Assembly: GCA_964589015.1 (NCBI GenBank)
Contig: CAZPTF010000005.1
Location: forward strand, 1 to 33,205
DNA: 33,205 nt
Source of the DNA: an uncultured Anaerolineae bacterium
Lineage (GTDB): Bacteria; Chloroflexota; Anaerolineae; DAOTYC01
Direction of reading: 5' to 3'
Both the position numbers and the translations under genes were made by a program. The notes under the pieces are model-generated. The model was not told the DNA's origin. It saw nothing but the letters and a program-made list of their open reading frames with translations, and made no database searches. Positions 1-8,344 of the stretch are shown piece after piece. Positions within the stretch are counted from its first letter, which is position 1. Every line of letters begins with the position of its first letter.

Positions 1-882
1 CAAGGGCACATCGTCACGAATCACCATGTCATCAAGGACGCAAGTACCATTGAGGTGACGTTCGCAAACAATACGGTTCTCGAAGCTGAGCTCGTCGGGT
101 CCGACCCCCACAGCGATATCGCAGTTCTTCAAATCGATCCCAATGGCACTGACCTGCACCCTGTGTCACTTGGAGATTCGAATGCACTGGCAGTCGGACA
201 ATTCGCCATTGCCATCGGCAACCCGTTCGGTCAGGTGGGGACGATGACGCGGGGTATCATCAGCGCCCTCGGGCGGACCTTCAGGGCCAGTGACAGCCAG
301 TTTTCCATCACGGAAATGATTCAGACCGATGCCTCGATCAATCCCGGCAATTCCGGCGGCCCCCTGCTGGACAGCCAGGGACGAGTGATCGGCATCAACA
401 CGCTGATCCTATCCCAAACCGGCAGCAGTGCGGGTGTGGGTTTCGCAATCCCTATCAATACCGCGAAAAAAATCGTCCCGGACTTGATCAGTACCGGCAA
501 ACACGAGTATGCCTTGCTGGGAGTCACTGGCACCGACCTGTCGCCCTCCATCGCCAAAGCCATGAATCTACCCACTAACACACGGGGTGCGCTGATTACC
601 GAGGTGAGTCCAACCGGGCCCGCCGCTCTGGCAGGGTTGCAGGGCAACTCGGGTCAGGTGGAGATAAATGGCATACCGACAAGTGTCGGTGGGGATGTCA
701 TTGTGGCGATCGACGGGAAAAACATGGACAAGATGGCCGATGTGCTCGACTTCCTGGTGAACGTGGCCACACCAGAGCAAACGATCACTTTGACGGTCAT
801 CCGCGACGGGACGCAGCAGAACATCGAGGCCAAACTGGGCACGCGTCCGTTCGAGAGCCAGCAGGGCTACCCGATGCGCTAG
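1..882 (+). CDS. htrA: HtrA/DegP-family trypsin-like serine protease with PDZ domain (5' truncated by window edge)
   Basis: Frame +1 is open from base 1: ...IVTNHHVI (catalytic His), SDIAVL (Asp), IQTDASINPGNSGGPL (Ser), then a PDZ-like region; TAG at 880-882. Confidence 0.95.
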   Translation, partial: QGHIVTNHHVIKDASTIEVTFANNTVLEAELVGSDPHSDIAVLQIDPNGTDLHPVSLGDSNALAVGQFAIAIGNPFGQVGTMTRGIISALGRTFRASDSQFSITEMIQTDASINPGNSGGPLLDSQGRVIGINTLILSQTGSSAGVGFAIPINTAKKIVPDLISTGKHEYALLGVTGTDLSPSIAKAMNLPTNTRGALITEVSPTGPAALAGLQGNSGQVEINGIPTSVGGDVIVAIDGKNMDKMADVLDFLVNVATPEQTITLTVIRDGTQQNIEAKLGTRPFESQQGYPMR

Positions 883-888
883 GTGAAA

Positions 889-944
889 TTCTAACATAAT
901 CCTAATATTCATCTAACGTTATTCTAACAAGCCTTTGTTATGAT
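889..944 (+). promoter_or_regulatory. hsp20 promoter: four CTAA(C/T) direct repeats at 11-bp period plus extended -10 TGtTATGAT
   Basis: CTAAC 891, CTAAT 902, CTAAC 913, CTAAC 924; TATGAT at 939-944 preceded by TG at 936-937. The same layout occurs upstream of lon. Confidence 0.8.
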
Positions 945-1005
945 GTAATCAAGGATTGCGGAAATGTGTAGACCACTTCTTGATGAATCATAGCGAGGTG
1001 AGGAA

Positions 1006-1440
1006 ATGAGTAGTGTATGGCAACCAGTCAGTCTGAGAGATGCAATGAATCGGTTGATGGAGGAGAGTTTCGTAAGGCCGCGATACGGCAGAGGTGTGCA
1101 AGCAGAATCCGACGTTCCGGATCTTCCACTCGACGTTTTATCCACTGAGGAGGCGCTCGTGATCGTGGCCAACGTCCCGGGACTGAACGTCGACGAAGTG
1201 GACATCAGTATCGAGGGGGACATTCTGACCATTCGCGGCGAGTTGAAACAGACGGAATCTGAAAATGGCAGTTGGGTCATGCAAGAACGCTACCATGGTC
1301 CTTTTCGCCGCGTGCTGACGCTCAACGTACCGATTCAAGCGGACAAAGCTGAAGCCCGCTTCAAGGACGGTGTCTTGACTCTGACGCTGCCCAAGGCTGA
1401 GAAAGTGCGTCCGAAAGTGATTAAAGTCAAGAGCGAGTAA
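1006..1440 (+). CDS. Hsp20/alpha-crystallin small heat-shock protein
   Basis: 144 aa; SLRDAMNRL N-terminus, ERYHGPFRRVLTL, ARFKDGVLTLTLPK, C-terminal IKV motif; RBS GAGGTGA upstream. Confidence 0.95.
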   Translation: MSSVWQPVSLRDAMNRLMEESFVRPRYGRGVQAESDVPDLPLDVLSTEEALVIVANVPGLNVDEVDISIEGDILTIRGELKQTESENGSWVMQERYHGPFRRVLTLNVPIQADKAEARFKDGVLTLTLPKAEKVRPKVIKVKSE

Positions 1441-1452
1441 CGACACCAAGAC

Positions 1453-1486
1453 TTTGGGGAGAAGCGGTTATCGTCTTCTCCCCAAA
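1453..1486 (+). terminator. Stem-loop downstream of hsp20 (terminator-like, no U tract)
   Basis: Perfect 12-bp inverted repeat TTTGGGGAGAAG (1453-1464) / CTTCTCCCCAAA (1475-1486) just after the stop codon. Confidence 0.65.
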
Positions 1487-1642
1487 ATCCGGCTTACAGG
1501 AACCCGCGCGAGGATTGCACGCTTAGAGCGAACGCTCCGACTTACCTCCGGAAAACAGCCATTTCGACGCAATCTCACCGAATCCCCCCTTTACCCACCC
1601 CGATAACAGACCGTGTAATCGATCGGCCCATCTCTTGGGCAT

Positions 1643-1698
1643 TTCTAACAAAAGTCTTATACTACTCTAACGTTACTCTAATGCAGAGCCGTTATGAT
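1643..1698 (+). promoter_or_regulatory. lon promoter: four CT(A/T)A(C/T) direct repeats at 11-bp period plus -10 TATGAT
   Basis: CTAAC 1645, CTTAT 1656, CTAAC 1667, CTAAT 1678; TATGAT at 1693-1698. Aligns without gaps to the hsp20 promoter (offset 754). Confidence 0.8.
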
Positions 1699-1844
1699 AT
1701 GTGATAGAGAACCAAGTTCATTGTCGCAGGAATCCTCATGCCTCTCGCGCCCAGGAATCATCGGGCGAGCAAGAAGTTGGATCGCACAAATCTACACTTC
1801 GTGGGTTGGAGATTGAGGGATTTTGCATCAGAGGAGGAACTAAA

Positions 1845-4343
1845 ATGTTACCATGGCTGAATCTACTGGGTGCAGCCCATGAGATTGACATCGCCAACAT
1901 TCCAGACGAACTGCCGATACTGCCACTGAGAAACATCGTCGCTTTCCCATTCATCGTTGTTCCTCTAGCGGTAGGCATTCCTCGTTCTGTTAAGCTCATT
2001 GAAGAGGCAGCAGAGGGAAACCGTCTTATCGGTATGGTTGCTATGACCGACCCCTCCGTGGAAGAGCCGGGAATCGGACAAACCTATGGAGTCGGCACCG
2101 TGGGCATCATCCACAAAGTGGTCAGTACGGACGACGGGTCGTTGCAGGTCATCGTACAGGGTCTTGAGCGATTTCGGATCAAGGAATGGATCACCGAGCA
2201 ACCCTATCTCAAGGCGAAAATCGAGTTGATCCCGGATATCATTCCTCAACCGATTGACGGTGAAAAGGACAATGACTCAGGCCGGTTGCTCGAAATGGAA
2301 GCGCTCAAACGCAATTTGCTGGACTCTTTGCGCCGTCTGGTGTCTCTGACACCGCAGCTTCCGGAACAGATTGTGGATTTCATCAATAAGCTGGATGACC
2401 CACGGTACATGGTCTATCTCACGGCAGCGAACATCCGGATGACAATGGAGCAGGCACAGGAGATTCTCGGTCAGGATGATTTCGTCGAAAAGATGCGCAG
2501 TCTGATCACGATCTTGACCAAGGAACTGGAGATTCTCGAACTGGGACAGAAGATCAGGACGGAAGCGCAGTCGGAGATGGAAAAAGCGCAGCGCGAGTAC
2601 TTCCTGCGAGAACAGCTCAAGGCCATCAAGAAAGAGCTGGGGGAAGGCGACGAAGAGCAGGTCGAAGTAGAAGAATACCGCGAGAAGATCCTGAAGGCCG
2701 GCATGCACAAAGAGGCCGAGAAGGAAGCCCTGCACGAGCTCGCGCGTATGGAGAAGATGCCACCACATGCCGCCGAGTATGGCGTGATCAAGACATATCT
2801 GGACTGGCTCGCGGAGCTTCCGTGGCAGACGCGCAGCGAAGACAACCTGGACATCGGGCATGCGCGTACCGTGCTCGACGAAGATCACTACGACCTTACG
2901 GAGATCAAAGACCGGCTGTTGGAGTATCTGGCCGTGCGCAAACTCCGTCAGGAACGTAGCGAAAATGGGGAGGACCAGGAGACAGGCGATCGCAGCTTCG
3001 AGCCGGCGGTCGAAGGCCAGGGCACGATCCTGTGCTTCGTCGGACCACCGGGAACGGGCAAGACGTCGCTTGGCCGGTCTATCGCGCGAGCGCTGGGTCG
3101 TGAATTCACCCGCATGTCGCTGGGGGGAGTGCGCGATGAAGCCGAGATTCGCGGGCACCGGCGGACCTACATCGGAGCGATGCCCGGGCGCATCATCCAG
3201 GCGATCAAACGTGTCGGGACGATGAACCCGGTGTTCATGCTGGATGAGGTCGATAAACTGGGCGCAGACTGGCGTGGCGATCCATCTTCCGCGCTGCTGG
3301 AAGTGCTGGATCCTCAACAGAACCACGCGTTCAGGGATCACTACCTGGACGTCGATTTCGATCTGTCGGAGGTGATTTTCATTGGGACCGCCAACCTGCT
3401 GGATCCGATCCCTGCGCCACTGCGCGACCGGATGGAGATCCTGACGCTGGATGGATACACCGAATACGAGAAGGTTCGGATCGCTCAGGATTACCTGCTG
3501 CCCCGGCAGCTCAGAGTGAACGGGCTGCGACCGGGCGAGGTGGAGATCGACGAGGAAGGACTCAGAACGATCATCAGAGACTACACCCGTGAGTCCGGTG
3601 TTCGTAACCTAGAGCGAGAGATCGGGCGCGTGTGCCGCAAGGTCGTGACCCAGATCGCCGCGAACCAACCACCGGCATCACCGCTGGTCACAGCGGACCA
3701 GATCCGTGAGTATCTGGGCAAGCCGCGTTTCTTCTTTGAAGCGGCGTTGCGCACGGAGAAACCGGGCGTGGCTACCGGCCTGGCGGTGACCGCTGCGGGC
3801 GGCGAGGTCCTCTTCGTCGAGTCCGCGATCATGCCGGGCAAGGAGAGCCTCACATTGACCGGACAACTGGGCGACGTCATGAAGGAGTCGGCCCAGATCG
3901 CGCTGAGCTACGTGCGCGCTACGGCAGAGCAGTTGGATATCGAACAAAAGTCCCTCAATGGGAAAGACATCCATCTGCACGTACCCGCAGGCGCAACGCC
4001 GAAAGACGGGCCGTCAGCGGGGGTCACGATGGTAACATCGCTCGTGTCACTGCTGACCAACACACCCGTCCGCTCCGAAGTGGGCATGACCGGTGAGATC
4101 ACCCTGCAAGGCCAGGTGCTTCCGATTGGGGGCGTGAAACAGAAAGTGCTCGCCGCGCATCGGGCAGGGTTGAAGACCGTCGTTGTCCCGAAGCGAAATG
4201 AAGTCGATCTGAAAGATGTCCCCGACGACATCCGCGAGTCGATGTCCTTCGTCCTGGCGGAAACCATTGACGATGTGCTGGAAGCAGCGCTCCTGCCGAA
4301 TGCCGTAGCTGAGTCGGTGGAAGCCGCTGCCGAAGCTGCCTGA
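1845..4343 (+). CDS. lon: ATP-dependent Lon protease (endopeptidase La)
   Basis: LPILPLRN N-domain, Walker A GPPGTGKT, Walker B FMLDEVDK, catalytic PKDGPSAG and IGGVKQK. Start placed at ATG 1845 after the strong RBS GAGGAGG (1831-1837), not at the ORF-track GTG 1701. Confidence 0.97.
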   Translation: MLPWLNLLGAAHEIDIANIPDELPILPLRNIVAFPFIVVPLAVGIPRSVKLIEEAAEGNRLIGMVAMTDPSVEEPGIGQTYGVGTVGIIHKVVSTDDGSLQVIVQGLERFRIKEWITEQPYLKAKIELIPDIIPQPIDGEKDNDSGRLLEMEALKRNLLDSLRRLVSLTPQLPEQIVDFINKLDDPRYMVYLTAANIRMTMEQAQEILGQDDFVEKMRSLITILTKELEILELGQKIRTEAQSEMEKAQREYFLREQLKAIKKELGEGDEEQVEVEEYREKILKAGMHKEAEKEALHELARMEKMPPHAAEYGVIKTYLDWLAELPWQTRSEDNLDIGHARTVLDEDHYDLTEIKDRLLEYLAVRKLRQERSENGEDQETGDRSFEPAVEGQGTILCFVGPPGTGKTSLGRSIARALGREFTRMSLGGVRDEAEIRGHRRTYIGAMPGRIIQAIKRVGTMNPVFMLDEVDKLGADWRGDPSSALLEVLDPQQNHAFRDHYLDVDFDLSEVIFIGTANLLDPIPAPLRDRMEILTLDGYTEYEKVRIAQDYLLPRQLRVNGLRPGEVEIDEEGLRTIIRDYTRESGVRNLEREIGRVCRKVVTQIAANQPPASPLVTADQIREYLGKPRFFFEAALRTEKPGVATGLAVTAAGGEVLFVESAIMPGKESLTLTGQLGDVMKESAQIALSYVRATAEQLDIEQKSLNGKDIHLHVPAGATPKDGPSAGVTMVTSLVSLLTNTPVRSEVGMTGEITLQGQVLPIGGVKQKVLAAHRAGLKTVVVPKRNEVDLKDVPDDIRESMSFVLAETIDDVLEAALLPNAVAESVEAAAEAA

Positions 4344-4362
4344 ACACCTACCGCAAGAAACC

Positions 4363-4409
4363 GAGCGCCCTCTACCGGCCAAATACCGGCATGAGGGCGC
4401 TCCCTTTCT
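4363..4409 (+). terminator. Stem-loop between convergent lon and kinase genes
   Basis: GAGCGCCCTC (4363-4372) / GAGGGCGCTC (4393-4402) followed by a pyrimidine run. Confidence 0.65.
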
Positions 4410-4432
4410 CGTCGGTTACAGTTGCCTGCGAC

Positions 4433-6535
4433 TTATTTGAACCAGACGGGTTCCCAATCTTCAAATGAATTGTTGCTGATGTTGGTCTGCCCGGTGCCAT
4501 CCAGATTGATGACATAGATCTGCCGCCGCCCGTCGTCCCGATCGGAACTGAAGGCTATCTGCTTCCCATCGGGTGACCAGGTGGGGTGCTTGTCCAGCGC
4601 ACCGGCGTTGAACGTCAATTGGCGATCGTCACGCCCGTTCGGGCTCATGACGAATATCGCATCCTTGCCATCGGTACGCAGCGAGACAAACGCGATCAGC
4701 GCATCGGTGGGAGACCACACCGGGTCGTAGTCCGCAGCGGCGTGTGAGGTAATGGCCATCGCCGCCTTGTGCTCGTCGGCGGGCACCATATAGATGTCGT
4801 AGTTCCCGGAATTATCCTGTACACGGAGGCGTTCCTTCCCATCTGGGGACAATGATTCGCGATCGACCGCCTGCGCATGGGCCGCGAGATCGGTCAGCGG
4901 ATGGGGGTTCGAGCCATCCGCGTTCATTACATAGAGCGACTCCTTCCCATCCCGATCGGTTTTGAAGGCGATCTTTCCGGTGAGGATTTCGGCGGTGGGC
5001 GTAGGCGTCGGCCCGAGCACACGTGTCAGTGCGGCGCTGGGCGTGCCCGGCGCCGCACTGGACGACGTGGGAACTCCCGCAGTGCGGCTCGGACCTGGCG
5101 TCGGATCGGAATCCGCGGGCGACGTGCCTGCGGACAGAGCCGTTTCCGCTGTCACCTCCGGCGTCGCGCGCAGTGGCTCCAGGATGGACGGCACCGTCGA
5201 CGCTGCGGCGGTGCGCAAGGCGCTCGCCTGGAGCGTCTCCTGCATACTGGTGGAAGCCGTCGCAGTCGGTTGGGCGGCCACTACCTCGTTCCCTTCGCGC
5301 AACGGCCATAAGAAGACTACCGCCAGGACCAGCGCAAGCACGAGCAGGAGCAGGGCGGCAGAGAGCGCCAACCATACCCGCCCGGGCGACCTCTTCAGCG
5401 GTTCCTCGCGCTTCGGAAGGAGCGCAGGATTGGTTGCTTCCGGCGGCGGAGGCAATCGCATCGCACGCGCAGGCGTCCGCCACGCCCGTGGAGAAGCACC
5501 ACTATCGTCGATCACCGAAATACCCGCCGGGACACCGACCGGCTCCGGTAGATAAGGGAACTTCGCACCGTCCACACCTGGCGGCACGCCCAGACCGACG
5601 TGTGCCCCACACCGCGCACAGAATCGCTGTCCAGGCTCGAGTGGAAGATGACAGCGCGCGCAGGACAACAGCTCGTCGTCGGCAGCGGCGGACGAGTCCA
5701 GCAGCGGGGCAAAAGCCGCTTCCAGGCTCTCGGCGAATTCCATGGCGCGATAGTAGCGTTGCTCCTTGTCCTTCGCAGTGGCTTTGACGATCACGTCTTC
5801 GACAGCCTGAGGGAGATCTGGCCGAATCTCACGCAGCGATGGCAGCGGACGTGTCACGTGCGCCATAACGACAGCGAAAGGCGTATCGTTGCTGAACGGG
5901 ACCCGATTGGAGAGCATTTCGTAGGTCACGATGCCCAGCGAGTAGATATCGGTACGCTGGTCGATCTCCAGCCCCTGTCCCTGCTCCGGCGACATATAGT
6001 TGGGCGTTCCGACCAGACCACTCATCGTGAGGCGCGAGCTTTTGACCATCTGCGCGATGCCAAAGTCGCTCAGGACGGCCTGCCCATCGGCTGAGAGCAG
6101 GATGTTGCCCGGCTTGATGTCGCGATGGACGATTCCGCGCTGGTATGCGTAGTCCAACGCACTCGCCATCGCCCAGACGATGCCCAACACTTCCTGAGCG
6201 GGTAGAAACTTGCCACCGGCGCTGGAAACTTTCAGACGGTCGCGAAGGGACTGCCCATCCACGTATTCCATCACCATGTAATACATATCGTCAACGTTAC
6301 CGAAATCGTAGATCTGGACGATGTGCGGATGACGCAGCAAGGCCACGGCCTGGGCCTCACGCTGGAAACGTGCCAGGAACAATTCGTCGCTGGATATCGT
6401 CGGATCCAGCACCTTGACGGCTACATAACGTTTCAGAGCGGGTTGGTAGCCCTTGTAGACTGCAGACATGCCACCACGGCCCAATTGCTCCACAATGTTA
6501 TATTGTCCAATCGTTGTCCCGACCAGTTTAGGCAT
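4433..6535 (-). CDS. Hanks-type Ser/Thr protein kinase with zinc ribbon, one TM helix, Pro/Thr/Ala linker and extracellular TolB/PD40-like beta-propeller
   Basis: GRGGMSAVYK, VAVK, HRDIKPGN, DFG, GTPNYMSPE; CARC...FCARCG; hydrophobic segment; WSP(T/D)G-type repeats and IYVINLDG. Confidence 0.93.
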   Translation of the reverse strand: MPKLVGTTIGQYNIVEQLGRGGMSAVYKGYQPALKRYVAVKVLDPTISSDELFLARFQREAQAVALLRHPHIVQIYDFGNVDDMYYMVMEYVDGQSLRDRLKVSSAGGKFLPAQEVLGIVWAMASALDYAYQRGIVHRDIKPGNILLSADGQAVLSDFGIAQMVKSSRLTMSGLVGTPNYMSPEQGQGLEIDQRTDIYSLGIVTYEMLSNRVPFSNDTPFAVVMAHVTRPLPSLREIRPDLPQAVEDVIVKATAKDKEQRYYRAMEFAESLEAAFAPLLDSSAAADDELLSCARCHLPLEPGQRFCARCGAHVGLGVPPGVDGAKFPYLPEPVGVPAGISVIDDSGASPRAWRTPARAMRLPPPPEATNPALLPKREEPLKRSPGRVWLALSAALLLLVLALVLAVVFLWPLREGNEVVAAQPTATASTSMQETLQASALRTAAASTVPSILEPLRATPEVTAETALSAGTSPADSDPTPGPSRTAGVPTSSSAAPGTPSAALTRVLGPTPTPTAEILTGKIAFKTDRDGKESLYVMNADGSNPHPLTDLAAHAQAVDRESLSPDGKERLRVQDNSGNYDIYMVPADEHKAAMAITSHAAADYDPVWSPTDALIAFVSLRTDGKDAIFVMSPNGRDDRQLTFNAGALDKHPTWSPDGKQIAFSSDRDDGRRQIYVINLDGTGQTNISNNSFEDWEPVWFK

Positions 6536-6608
6536 TTACATCTCCGCAGCAGTTGATAAGCATCAGAGGACAGATGAGCGCTGCATGTCCAAGCGTGGAT
6601 CTGCCATG

Positions 6609-6637
6609 AGCATATCACAAGCAAGATATGATGTCAA
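6609..6637 (-). promoter_or_regulatory. Sigma70-type promoter of the kinase gene
   Basis: Minus strand: TTGACA (6637-6632), 17 bp, TGa-TATGCT (6614-6609). Confidence 0.65.
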
Positions 6638-6669
6638 AAGCGCAGGCACACCTCACCGGCGAACTTGCT

Positions 6670-6698
6670 TTGCCGCCCCATTCTTTCTGTGTTAAACT
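6670..6698 (+). promoter_or_regulatory. Sigma70-type promoter of murJ
   Basis: TTGCCG (6670-6675), 17 bp, TGt-TAAACT (6693-6698). Confidence 0.5.
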
Positions 6699-6763
6699 GG
6701 GACATAGACAGGGCTCACACATTCGACAAGCCACGAGGCGAGAGGCCACGGCGCTGTCACGTT

Positions 6764-8344
6764 ATGCGAAAACGGAGAACTCAATCATTGTCCACAGACC
6801 AGAGGCAAATCGCTCGCGCTGCCATGATCGTTATGGGCGCTTTCGTGCTCAGCCGTGTCCTGGGCCTGGCGCGTGAAATCATCATCAGCAACTACTTCGG
6901 CACCAGTGCCGACCTGGGCGCCTATCTGGCAGCGTTTCGCATCCCCGACATCATCTTTCAGGTCGTAGCCGGAGGTGCTTTGGCCTCGGCATTCATCCCG
7001 ACATTTTCAACGCTTCTGGCTCACGACGATGAGGTCGGCGGCTGGAAACTGGTCAGTGCAATCGTCAACTGGCTTTTGATTGTCCTGACCTCACTCGCCC
7101 TGTTGGGGATTCTCTTCGCACCTCAACTGGTGAAATACGTGGTCGCGCCAGGGTTCGATGCCGGACAACAACGCCTGACTGCGGAATTGATGCGTTACAT
7201 GCTTGTATCCACCGTGATATTCGGCCTGAGCGGGGTGGTGATGGGCATTCTCAATTCATACCAGCATTTTCTGTTGCCCGCCTTGGCCCCCGCAATCTAT
7301 AACCTGGCGATCATCGCGAGTGCACTGCTGTTTGCACAGCGGTTCGGCGTGCGCAGCCTGGCGATCGGCGTCATTGCCGGCGCCATCTTGCATCTCATGA
7401 TCCAGATCCCAAAACTGCTGGGGGTCGGCCTCAAATACACACCGCTCTACCTGGGTCCGCACAACTCCAGCGTCCGCGAAGTGGGTTGGCTGATGTTACC
7501 GCGTGCCATCGGCCTGGGTGTCGTGCAAATCAACTTTCTGGTCAACACCATCCTGGCATCACACCTCGGTGCCAACACATTGACCGCACTGAACTATGCC
7601 TGGCTTCTGATGCTGTTGCCTCAGGGTATTTTCGCACAGGGCATCGCGACCGCTGCCTTTCCCACGTTTTCCAGGCTGATTGCCCAGCGAAAGCACGATG
7701 ACATGCGCAACACTTTGTCGGCAACCATCAGAGCGATTCTGTACATCAGCATCCCGGCCAGTGTCGGTCTTGTCATTCTGCGGGTTCCGCTCATCCAGCT
7801 GCTGTTTCAGCGCGGCGCTTTTGACTTCCAGTCCACAGAGGCCGTTGCAGCCGCACTGCAATTCTACGCCCTGGGTCTGTTTGCCCATGCCACCGTCGAG
7901 ATCACGACGCGAGCTTTCTATGCAATGCACGACACAGCGACACCGGTAGCCATCGGCGTAGCAGCGATGGGCGCAAACATCATCCTCAGCCTGTTACTGG
8001 TACACCCTATGAATTATCCGGGGCTCGCGCTGGCAAACTCACTTGCTACCATCGGCGAAATGCTGGCGCTGATCTACATCGCCCGAAAACGGTTGGGTGG
8101 GCTTGGAGGCAAGGCGATGTGGGTTTCCATCTCGCGGATGCTGGTGGCGGCGGCGTGCATGGCGGCAATCGTCTGGGTGCTCCGAGATGGCCTCGCCACC
8201 TACGGAATCATCATCCAGTTGGGTGGATCGATTGCCGTGGCCGCGTTCACCTATGTCCTGATATCCGCCGCCCTGGGAAGCACAGAGATCAGAACGTTGT
8301 GGGGCTGGACGAAACAGCGCGCCGCTTCCTCAAGAAACAGATAA
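6764..8344 (+). CDS. murJ: Lipid II flippase MurJ (MviN)
   Basis: LSRVLGLARE, AFRIPD, GGALASAFIP, RAFYAMHDTATP motifs; many TM helices. Start uncertain; ATG 6764 chosen because it lies downstream of the promoter. Confidence 0.93.
   Translation: MRKRRTQSLSTDQRQIARAAMIVMGAFVLSRVLGLAREIIISNYFGTSADLGAYLAAFRIPDIIFQVVAGGALASAFIPTFSTLLAHDDEVGGWKLVSAIVNWLLIVLTSLALLGILFAPQLVKYVVAPGFDAGQQRLTAELMRYMLVSTVIFGLSGVVMGILNSYQHFLLPALAPAIYNLAIIASALLFAQRFGVRSLAIGVIAGAILHLMIQIPKLLGVGLKYTPLYLGPHNSSVREVGWLMLPRAIGLGVVQINFLVNTILASHLGANTLTALNYAWLLMLLPQGIFAQGIATAAFPTFSRLIAQRKHDDMRNTLSATIRAILYISIPASVGLVILRVPLIQLLFQRGAFDFQSTEAVAAALQFYALGLFAHATVEITTRAFYAMHDTATPVAIGVAAMGANIILSLLLVHPMNYPGLALANSLATIGEMLALIYIARKRLGGLGGKAMWVSISRMLVAAACMAAIVWVLRDGLATYGIIIQLGGSIAVAAFTYVLISAALGSTEIRTLWGWTKQRAASSRNR

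Noticed and set aside
883-1844. Canonical heat-shock operators (CIRCE, CtsR, HAIR) upstream of hsp20 and lon
   Set aside because: No match to those consensus sequences found by eye.
1701-1844. 48-codon N-terminal extension of Lon given in the ORF track
   Set aside because: GTG 1701 lies only 2 nt after the -10 and has no RBS; a strong RBS precedes ATG 1845.
2277-3341. Long antisense or alternative-frame ORFs (e.g. 2277..3341, 11457..12350, 19375..20304, 20326..21507, 26737..27693)
   Set aside because: Shadow ORFs of well-supported genes in GC-rich DNA, with no recognisable motifs or RBS.
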